A DNA stretch of 64,000 nt from Planctomycetota bacterium (GTDB taxonomy: Bacteria; Planctomycetota; UBA1135; UBA2386): NCBI GenBank assembly GCA_965228735.1, contig OZ245838.1, forward strand, positions 2,432,001-2,496,000, given 5' to 3'. Positions 39,527-48,202 of the stretch are shown here, piece after piece (position 1 is the stretch's first letter; the number at the start of each line of letters is the position of its first letter). The position numbers were made by a program, and so were the translations under genes. The notes under the pieces are model-generated. The model made no database searches. It was not told the origin of the DNA and was given only the letters and a program-made list of their open reading frames with translations.

Positions 39527-41702
39527 TCAATCGCCGATCACGAACGCCACGCCCGGCGTCAACCCGACCGCACTCGTGAGCGGATCGATCGTGCCGGCCT
39601 GCGCGTAGAACGTCAGGCCGCGGAACACCGGATCGTCCGGCAGTTCGAGCAGCTTGACCGCCAGGCCCTCGGCATCGGCGAACGCGAGCAGGCCGACCAG
39701 CTGCGGGCCGACGTCGAGCGTGCAACCGGGCACGAGCACGGTGCTGCCGGTCGAGCCGGACACGACGATGCCGCAGACGCCGAGCGGATCGGTCAGCACT
39801 TCGAAACCGAACTGCTCGCTGCCGATGGCCGGTCGCGTGCGCAGCGCCAATCGCGGTTCGGGCGAGCCGCAGCCGGAACCGAACGCCGACACGGCGGCCG
39901 GCGTGCTCGACCAGACCCGAACGAACTTGCTCTCGTTGAGCAGCAGCCGCTGCCGCGTCGAGTCGTAGGTCACGCGCGGGAAGTTGTTCGCTGCGAACTC
40001 GTCGTGCAGCAGCGTCCAGTCGACGCCGTCGTACGACCACAGTTCGCGCCGCGACGTGAAGTTCGCGGTGTTGTTGACGACGAGCACCAGACGTTGGGCG
40101 CCGTCGTCGTAGGCCATCGATGCCTGCGTGAGCACGTTGGCGGGTCCGGGCGCGGTCGAGGTGACGACCTGCTGCCAGTTCGACCCGTCCCACTCCCAGG
40201 TTTCGAGCCCCGCACCGCCGAACGACACGGTGCGCCCTCGCGCGCTGTCGTAGCCGAGCGCCAACACGCCCGGGCTCGGCGCGTTCGTCGGCTGCGGGTT
40301 CGTCCACGCCGCACCGTCCCACTCCCAGGTATCCGTCAGCGCCGTGTTGGCCGCATCGAAGCCACCGAACAGCACGGCGCGCGCGCGACCCGAATCGAAC
40401 GCGAACGCGGCCAGTCGACGCGGCGACGGGCTCGGCCCCGGTGGGTTGCGTTGCTGCCAGTTGGTGCCGTCGAACTCCCAGAGATCACCGACCTCCGTGT
40501 TGCCCGACTCGCCGCCGAACAGCACCCCGACCCCGCGCACCGAATCGAACGTCGACGCCGCCAACCAGCGGCGGGACGGCCGCACCGCCGGCGCGAGCAG
40601 CTCCCACTCGTTGCCGTTCCAGCTCCACGTCTCGTCGCTCTGGAGGACGGCGCTCACGTCGTAGCCGCCGAACATGGTCAGCCGATCGCGCCAGGAGTCG
40701 TACCACAGCGCGTAGTTGCCGCGCTGCCGCGGCCGCGCCTCGTCGTGCGCCGGCACCGCCTGCGCGCCGTCCCAGAGCCACGTCGACGTGAACGGGAAGG
40801 AGAACGCGTCGACCCCACCCGAGATCGCGACGCCGCCGCGATCGGGATCGAACCACGCCTTGGCGGCCGATCGCGCGATCGCCGGCTCGGAACCCGCGAG
40901 GCTCCACGTGCCGGATCGTTCTTCCCAGATCTCGTCCGACAGCCCCCATGCCGGCGCCGTCAGCCGCCCACCGGCCATCACGAGCGCCTGCCGTACCGGG
41001 TCGTAGGCGAACGCCACGCCACTGCGCGACAGCGGTGCACCGGTCGCGGGGATCGCGACCCAGGCGGCGCCGGTCCAGCGCCACAGGGTCACCGGCAACG
41101 CCTGGGACTGGGAACTCGCCATCCGCGCCATCACGACCGCACCGCGCTGGTGGTCGTAGGCCGCGATGTTGTCGAAACCGACCGGTCCGGAGCCGGCGAC
41201 CTGCGTCCACTGGTCGCCGTCGAGCTCCCAGGTGTCCTGCCGCCGGATCGTGCTGCTGTAGCTGGTATCGCCACCGAACAACACGGCCCGGTCGCGAACC
41301 TCGTCGTAGACCATCACGGCTCGTCCGCGACCGGTCGGTCGCGCCGCCGACGGCACGGCGCGCCACCGGCCGCCGTCCCAACTCCAGGTGTCGTCGAGGA
41401 AGGGCCCGCCGACCGGGGAGCCGCCGTACAACAGCACGCGACTGCGCGCCGGGTCGTAGACCATGTGGCCGAACGCCCGGTACGAGGGTGCGGGCTGATT
41501 GTCGACGACCGGGCGATGCAGCAACCCGAAGCGGTCGCGTTCCCAGACGTCGCCGTGATCGCCGAGGATGACCTCACGCTGACGCCGCGTGTCGAACGCC
41601 ATCGCGGCCCGCGATCGGTCCGGGCCGAAAAAGGAGCTGCCACTCCTGGGCCGAGGCGGTCGCAGAAGCGAGGGTCACGAAAAGCAAGAAAGTCACACGC
41701 AT
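39527..41702 (-). pseudogene. Kelch-like repeat secreted protein with the shared C-terminal module; +1 frameshift just after the signal peptide
   Basis: The signal peptide MRVTFLLFVTLASATASAQEW from ATG 41702 is one base out of frame with the 691-aa body. T5 run at 41632-41628. Repeats VLFGG...DTWxWDG. Confidence 0.75.
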
Positions 41703-41986
41703 GGTCTCGTCCCCAGGCTGGATTCACGAACAGGCTCAGCGCCGTCACGCCATCCGTCAACTCCCGTGCCGTTCGGCGCTCGACCGCACACGGCCCGCAA
41801 GAGCGCGGACGTGCGGCAAGCCCAGCCGGCGACCCGACGCCTGACGTGTCGGTCAAGCGACGCGCGGCTCACCGAACGGCCCTTCACGCCACCCGCCTCC
41901 CGCCAAGGAGCGACCGGTCCCGCCCGCCGGCCGCGAGAACCCGCGTTTTCTTGTCCAGCCGAGCGGGCGCCAACCACCGGGTTCGC

Positions 41987-42560
41987 ATGAACGTTCTCCG
42001 CGTCCTCGTCAGTTCTCTCGCCGCAGCGGCGGCGGTCGGCTCGACCCCGCTCCCGCCCCAGCAGGCCCCGATCCAGCAGGCACCCGCAGCCTCGGCGCAG
42101 GCGGCGATCGGCAGCTACCGGATCCCGGTGCACACCGCCGAAAGCGACTTCGGTCACGAGTACGGCATCTGGGCGGGCGCCCGCGACTACAAGGCGTCGT
42201 TCCACGACGGCATGACGTTCATCCCGCGGCTCGGCGGCGACTATCCGCACAACCAGCCGTGGTCGTGGCGCACGACCTCGGTGCGGCGTGGCGAACGCGA
42301 GCTGCTGGCTGCCGGCGAGGTGCCGAACCACACGTCACACGACTACCGCTACGAGTATGGGTTCGGCGCGTTCACCTAAGCCTACGACGTGCTCGAGGAC
42401 GGCCTCGAACAGACGTTCGTGTTCGACACGTTACCCGGCGAGATCCCGGCGGCCGTCAGCGGCGCCGTGACGCGCGCCTGTCGGCGCGAGCTGCACCGCC
42501 AGCTCGACGAGCTCGAGCCCCAGGACCGCGAGATCCTGTTGCTCCGCGGCATCGGGCAAT
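41987..42560 (+). pseudogene. Chimeric remnant: N-terminus of a secreted protein with an internal TAA, joined to an ECF sigma region-4-like fragment
   Basis: Signal peptide; YKASF..G.TFIPRLG; FT*AYDVLEDGLEQTFVFD continues in frame past the TAA at 42377-42379; then RRELHRQLDELEPQDREILLLRGI. Confidence 0.7.
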
Positions 42561-42677
42561 CGGGTTTCCGCCGTCCCGGCACCCGCGCGACGCACGCGAC
42601 TCCGACCCCGCCGTACAACCCGCGCCGCATCCGTTGCCGAGCTACGATGCGGATCGCTTGTTGCAGGAGTGATCGCC

Positions 42678-45200
42678 ATGGTGAGACGCACGTGCATCGG
42701 CGTGGCCGTATGGGCCGCGGCCGTCTGTCCCTCGATCGTCACGAGTTCGTTGTCGGCGCAATGCGGGCACACCTGGCAACCCGCCGGATCGACCGCGGGC
42801 CCCAACGGCCCGGTCACGGCAGTCGGTTCGTGGGACCCCGACGGCGCCGGCCCCGCTGCCGCGCGGCTCGTGATCGGCGGCGGCTTCACGACGGTCGGGA
42901 GCACCGTCGCCCACGGGGTCGCGGCGTGGGATCCGGTCACCGCGACCTGGTCGGCGTTCGGTGCCGGCGTCACGGGCGGGGTCCGCGCGTTCCTCGGCCT
43001 GCCCAACGGCGAGCTCGTCGTGGCTGGGAGCATCGACGCGGCAGGCGGCCAGCCGGTCGCCAACATCGCGCGCTGGGATGGCGCGACGTGGTCGCCGCTC
43101 GGCACCGGGGTCACCGGCGGCAACACCACGGCGATCGAGTCCCTGACCCTGCTGCCGAACGGCGACCTGATCGCCGGCGGCCGGTTCTCGAACGCCGGTG
43201 GCACGAGCGCGGCGAACATCGCGCGCTGGGACGGTTCGGCCTGGTCGGCGCTCGGCACCGGCCTGGGCTTCGTCACCGCGGTCGCCACGCTCACGAACGG
43301 CGAACTCGTCGCCGGCGGCTTCTTCGGCGCCAACCGTTGGACCGGCTCGTCGTGGTCCTCGTTGGGTTCGTTCACCGGCGGCGCCGGCATCGTGCCGAGC
43401 GTGAACGCGCTGACCGCGATGCCGACCGGCGAGCTCGTCGCCGCGGGCGGCTTCGACCGCATCAACGGCGCCCTCGTCGGCAGCGTTGCGCGCTGGAACG
43501 GCGCGGCCTGGTCGGCACTCGGCACGACCGGCGATCAGGCCGAGACGCTCGCCCGGATGCCCGGTGGTCAACTCGTGGCGGCCTTTCGCGACGTGTCGGT
43601 GGTCTGGCCGACGTTCTATCTGCGGCACTGGGACGGTTCCGCCTGGCAGACGATCGCAAGCGGCGCGGGAACGATCGCGCCAGCGATCACCGCGGTCGGC
43701 AGCGAGCTGTGGTCGGGTGGCGACTTCGACACGATCGGGGGCGCCGCGAGCCGGTACCTCGCGCGTTGGAACGGCAGTGTCTGGTCCGGCTTCAGCGGCG
43801 GCATGACGCCGGGCAGCTACGTGGCTGCGGCGACGACCTTGACCGACGGCAGCGTCGTCGTGGGCGGCGTGTTCCCGTCGATCGGGAACGTGTCCGTGCA
43901 GAACGTCGCGCGCTGGGACGGCACGACCTGGTCGGCCCTCGGCAGCGGCGCGGTCTCGGTGCGCGCGCTCGCCGAGCTGCCCGGCGGCGACGTCGTCGCG
44001 GCGGGCACGTTCTACTTCGGCGGGCAGCAGCACGAACTCGCGCGCTTCGACGGGGCATCCTGGACAGCGATTCCCGCGCAGACCAACGGCGACGTGCTCG
44101 CGGTCTCGGCCCTGCCGAACGGTGACCTCGTCGTCGGCGGCAGGTTCTCGTCGATCAACGGCGTCGCGGCCAACCTCGTGGCGCGCTGGGACGGCGTGGC
44201 CTGGCACCCGCTCGGTGACGGGCTCGGCATCACGATCTTCGAGGTCGCTGCGCTGGCCGTGCTGGCGAACGGCGACCTCGTCGCCGGCGGCACGTTCCTG
44301 CAGTCCGGCGGCGCGAGCGTGCAGTTCACCGCGCGGTGGGACGGCGCCTCGTGGACGCAGCTCGGAGCCAGCACCGACGGGCGCGTCTCGTGCCTGCTCG
44401 CGCGCCGCGACGGCCGCCTCGTCGCCGGCGGCGATTTCGGCACGGCCGGCGGCAGTCCGGCGAGCAACATCGCCCAATGGGACGGCTCGGCCTGGTCGCC
44501 GCTCGGCGCGGGCATGGGTCCCGGACCGTTCATGTCGCACGTGCATGCCCTGTGTGAACTGCAGAACGGCGACGTGGTCGCGGTCGGCGACTTCACGACC
44601 GCCGGCGGCGTCGCGGCGAACAACATCGCGCGCTGGGACGGGACGTCCTGGTCGCCGTTGGGCGCAGGCACCGACCGCCGCACGCTCGCCGTCGCGGAAG
44701 TCGCCGGTGACCACATCCTCGTCGGCGGGACGTTCACGACCGCGGGCGGCCTCGCAGCCACTGCAGCCGCCTTCGTGATTCCCGACTGCCCCGCAACCGC
44801 CGTCCCGTCCGGCGCCGGCTGCAACGCGGGCGCCGGCCCCATGGTGCTCGCGGCGGACACGCTGCCGTGGCTCGGCGGCACGTTCCGCGCGACGACGGCC
44901 GGCCTCGTCCCGGGCTCGCTCGCGTACGGCGTGCTCGGCTTCACGTCACCCGGCTACGCGCTGTCGACGATCCACCCCACCGGCGGCAGCGGGTGCTACC
45001 AGCTCGCGGGCGCGGACGCCGTCCTGCTGCTCGTGCCGACGGGCACCACGGCCTCGAGCCGCTTCACGCTGCCCCGCGACCCGGCCTTCGCCGGCATCGT
45101 CCTGCACCACCAGGTCATCCAGATCGAGTTCACGGCGAACTTCGCGCTCACCGGGATCACGAGCTCGAACGGCCTCGTGCTGACGACGGGCACCTGGTAG
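42678..45200 (+). CDS. Secreted beta-propeller repeat protein (ARWDGxxWSxLG repeats) with the shared C-terminal module
   Basis: AGGAG RBS, signal peptide, more than ten repeats; paralog of 10539-12038. Confidence 0.82.
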   Translation: MVRRTCIGVAVWAAAVCPSIVTSSLSAQCGHTWQPAGSTAGPNGPVTAVGSWDPDGAGPAAARLVIGGGFTTVGSTVAHGVAAWDPVTATWSAFGAGVTGGVRAFLGLPNGELVVAGSIDAAGGQPVANIARWDGATWSPLGTGVTGGNTTAIESLTLLPNGDLIAGGRFSNAGGTSAANIARWDGSAWSALGTGLGFVTAVATLTNGELVAGGFFGANRWTGSSWSSLGSFTGGAGIVPSVNALTAMPTGELVAAGGFDRINGALVGSVARWNGAAWSALGTTGDQAETLARMPGGQLVAAFRDVSVVWPTFYLRHWDGSAWQTIASGAGTIAPAITAVGSELWSGGDFDTIGGAASRYLARWNGSVWSGFSGGMTPGSYVAAATTLTDGSVVVGGVFPSIGNVSVQNVARWDGTTWSALGSGAVSVRALAELPGGDVVAAGTFYFGGQQHELARFDGASWTAIPAQTNGDVLAVSALPNGDLVVGGRFSSINGVAANLVARWDGVAWHPLGDGLGITIFEVAALAVLANGDLVAGGTFLQSGGASVQFTARWDGASWTQLGASTDGRVSCLLARRDGRLVAGGDFGTAGGSPASNIAQWDGSAWSPLGAGMGPGPFMSHVHALCELQNGDVVAVGDFTTAGGVAANNIARWDGTSWSPLGAGTDRRTLAVAEVAGDHILVGGTFTTAGGLAATAAAFVIPDCPATAVPSGAGCNAGAGPMVLAADTLPWLGGTFRATTAGLVPGSLAYGVLGFTSPGYALSTIHPTGGSGCYQLAGADAVLLLVPTGTTASSRFTLPRDPAFAGIVLHHQVIQIEFTANFALTGITSSNGLVLTTGTW

Positions 45201-45570
45201 GGCCGTCGCCTCGGGAACGACGCTGCGAGCCCCGCGAGCCCGTCGTCTCGATGCGATACGGCCCGGAGCGAACTTTCGGCATACGCAGTCCGGCGTATCG
45301 CACTGACGAACTACAGCGCAGGGCTCCTCGCCTCGACGCGCGGCCTGTCGGCTGCCACAGCGGTTCGCGATCGCGGTATGAAGCGCCATCGCGCTCGCGC
45401 CAACGGCGTCAGCGGCGCACGGCGCCCGACGATCCTGCCCGTTTCGCCGCGCTCCACCCCTGCCGCTCTGCCGGCCCAGCCGCGCCCCGGGCGGACCCCG
45501 TCCGGATCCGGGAACGCCGCTGCTCAGAACGGGACTCAGCGCGCCCCGCGAGAATGTCGACAACCGCTGC

Positions 45571-45987
45571 ATGCGAGTAGCCGACGTCATGACCACGAAG
45601 CCGCGGACGATCCGCCGCGACAAGCGGATGCAGGCAGTTCACACCATCATGGACTTCGGCTCGTTCCGACACGTGCCGGTCGTGGACGAGAACGGCTACC
45701 TCGTCGGCATCGTCAGTCAGACGGACCTGCTCGCGGCATCGGCCTCGACGATGGAGCCCGCGACGCCGCGCGCGCAGCGCGACCTGCTGCTCGGCTTCGT
45801 GCCCGTCGAGAAGGTGATGCAGCAGGACGTCGTCACCGCGCAACCCGACATGGGCGTCGTCGAGGCCGCCCAGCTCATGCGCGAGAAGCGCATCAACTGC
45901 CTGCCGGTGATCGAGGGCGCCCACGTGGTCGGCATCGTCACGGCGTTCGATCTGCTCGGCGCGATCGCGGCGGTCGGCCTGAGCTGA
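45571..45987 (+). CDS. CBS domain pair protein
   Basis: VADVMT..P, RHVPVVD..LVGIVSQTD, CLPVIE..VVGIVT. Confidence 0.9.
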   Translation: MRVADVMTTKPRTIRRDKRMQAVHTIMDFGSFRHVPVVDENGYLVGIVSQTDLLAASASTMEPATPRAQRDLLLGFVPVEKVMQQDVVTAQPDMGVVEAAQLMREKRINCLPVIEGAHVVGIVTAFDLLGAIAAVGLS

Positions 45988-46041
45988 GCCCGCCCCGCGA
46001 CCGACCGCGACCAGCAGGCGCCCTCGACGGTTGCGCCTCTC

Positions 46042-48096
46042 TCAATCGCCAACCCGCACGCGCAGCCCCGCCGACACGGCGAGACCGAGATACGGGCCGC
46101 CGGCCTGCGGGCCCGCGGCCTGCACGAACACGTCGACGCCACGCAGCCACGGCGCGGCGGGCAGCGGCAGCCCGATCGACGCGATGCCCGCCCCGTTGGC
46201 CTGGACCACCGCGGCCGTCAACGGGTTCCTGAGGTGCAGGTCGCAACCGTTGCCGAGCGGCGTGGTCATGGTGCTGGTGTCGACGGCGAACAACACGAGC
46301 CCGCTCAGACCGTCGGTATGGATCTGATGCGCGGCGTTGCCGATGCGCGGAAAGCCGCCGCTGTAGAGCGCCGGCGCGGGCGCACCGCAGCCAGTGCCGA
46401 CCGTCGCGTTGCCGGCCGGCGTCGCGGTGAAGGCGTGCATCTCGCTGCCGTCGAACGCGATCACGTTGCCGCGCAGCGGGTCGTTCGCGAGCCCGACCAG
46501 GTGCATCGGGTGCGCTGGTTGCGCGACCCACGTCGTGTTGACGAGTTCATGGGTCTGCGACACTCCGCCCGACGAACCCGTCAGCAGCACGTTGCCCGCC
46601 GGGGTGAACCCGAGCCCCCGGGCCCAGAACGCGTACGGCCCTCCCGTCGGCGGCAGCAGGGCGATCGACGCCCAGGCCCCGTTCCAGCGCCAGACCTGGC
46701 CCCCGGCCACGACCGCCGGATCCTGCTGCAGGCTGCTCGCGCCGAGAGCCGGGCCGGGTGGAGGCTGGGTCTGGAGCCCCGGCGAGAGGTCGGTCCAGGC
46801 CCCGTTCTGCCATTGCCACGTATCCGCCAACCCCGCGTTGGCAGCGTCGAGCCCGCCGAACAGGATGACCGACGCCGAGCCTGCATGCATGACGAGCGCG
46901 TGCTGAGAACGGGCCGGTGGCGCGCTGCCGCCCTGCTGCGTCCACTGCGCGCCGTCGAACGTCCAGGTGTCCCCGAGGACCTGATTCGATCCCGCCACCC
47001 CACCGAACATCACGAGCGCGCCCTGGCTGATGTCGTTGGCGACCGCCGCCCCGCTGCGCGAGCCGGGTCCACCGGCCGCGATCCGCGCCCACGTGTTGCC
47101 GTCCCACCCGTACGTGTACGGCTCCGCGTAGGACACGAGCTGATTGCGAATGACGTCGTGCACGGTCATCGTCGCGGCCTTGGGTTCGATCGCGAGATCG
47201 CTCCAGCCCGCGCCCGCACGCACGAAATCACGGTCGCCACCGAAGCGATCGAGCAACATCAGCGCCGCGCGCGTGCGATCCAGAACGAGCACCGGGTCGC
47301 TGCCCACCGGCTGGGCCGGGCCGACCGCCGGCGTCCAGTCGACGCCGTTCCAGTGCCAGCCGTCCTGCAACGCCCCAGCGGGTCCGCGCCCGCCGAACAT
47401 GAGCACCTGCCCGACCGCCGGATCGAACGCCATCGCCGACGACTCACGCGGTCCAGGGGAGTTGGCCGGGCTGCGCAGGCTCCAGGTCGTGCCATCCCAT
47501 TCGTGGGTCTCGGCGAGCCCCGTACCCGGGTTGGCGGCGAACGCGACCAATCTGCCACGGACGGGATCGGGGGCCGTCATTGCGCCGACGTGGCGAGGCC
47601 GCACGTCGGCCGCGAGCGCCGTCCACGCCGTCCCGCTCCAGAGGTAGTCCTGCGTCGTGGTCCCGACGACCGGCTGCGTCAACGCCACGACGCCGCCGAG
47701 CGCCGGATCGAAGCAGACATCCACCAACGGAGCGGCCAGGCCCGCGGTGACGGTGGTGGTCCAGGTCGCACCGTCCCACTCGGCGACGCCGATCGCCGCG
47801 GGGACGAAGCTGGTGATGCCGAGAACGACCGTTCGACCGCGCGCCGTATCGCCGGCGATGTCGTAGACGCCGAGGATCGTCGGCGGCACGGTCGTGACCT
47901 CGCGCCACGTCGAGCCGTTCCAGGCCAGGAGCCGATCGTCGGCGAGCACCAGCGGCCCGCCATCGGGTGCCGCGGCCGGGAAGACCGGCGCGTTCGACGA
48001 CGGTCGCTGCGTCCGGTCGACCCAGTTCTGGGCGGAGGCGCCGGACGCCGGGCCCGAGCCGACCATGAGAGCGATGAGGATCCCGACACGAGACAT
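46042..48096 (-). CDS. Secreted Kelch-like repeat protein with the shared C-terminal module
   Basis: Signal peptide ending ASAQ; EWDGxxW and MFGG...DTW repeats; paralog of 60187-62223. Confidence 0.8.
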   Translation of the reverse strand: MSRVGILIALMVGSGPASGASAQNWVDRTQRPSSNAPVFPAAAPDGGPLVLADDRLLAWNGSTWREVTTVPPTILGVYDIAGDTARGRTVVLGITSFVPAAIGVAEWDGATWTTTVTAGLAAPLVDVCFDPALGGVVALTQPVVGTTTQDYLWSGTAWTALAADVRPRHVGAMTAPDPVRGRLVAFAANPGTGLAETHEWDGTTWSLRSPANSPGPRESSAMAFDPAVGQVLMFGGRGPAGALQDGWHWNGVDWTPAVGPAQPVGSDPVLVLDRTRAALMLLDRFGGDRDFVRAGAGWSDLAIEPKAATMTVHDVIRNQLVSYAEPYTYGWDGNTWARIAAGGPGSRSGAAVANDISQGALVMFGGVAGSNQVLGDTWTFDGAQWTQQGGSAPPARSQHALVMHAGSASVILFGGLDAANAGLADTWQWQNGAWTDLSPGLQTQPPPGPALGASSLQQDPAVVAGGQVWRWNGAWASIALLPPTGGPYAFWARGLGFTPAGNVLLTGSSGGVSQTHELVNTTWVAQPAHPMHLVGLANDPLRGNVIAFDGSEMHAFTATPAGNATVGTGCGAPAPALYSGGFPRIGNAAHQIHTDGLSGLVLFAVDTSTMTTPLGNGCDLHLRNPLTAAVVQANGAGIASIGLPLPAAPWLRGVDVFVQAAGPQAGGPYLGLAVSAGLRVRVGD

Positions 48097-48202
48097 GCCG
48101 GGACATAGTTGTGCGACACTGCCCGGTAACCCGCGCAACCGCGGCCGAAGATCCCCGCCTCATGGGTCTCCGGCCGGAACCCCGTGCCGGTGGCGGCGAG
48201 GT

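Noticed and set aside
42377..42379. In-frame stop as recoding (Sec/Pyl or readthrough)
   Set aside because: The codon is TAA and the gene is also truncated shortly after, so a nonsense mutation is the simpler explanation.
42800..44760. Recurrent DNA motif gcgcgctgggacgg resembling a repeat array
   Set aside because: It encodes the ARWDG protein repeats. The copies are degenerate and in frame, there are no cas genes, and it is not a CRISPR array.
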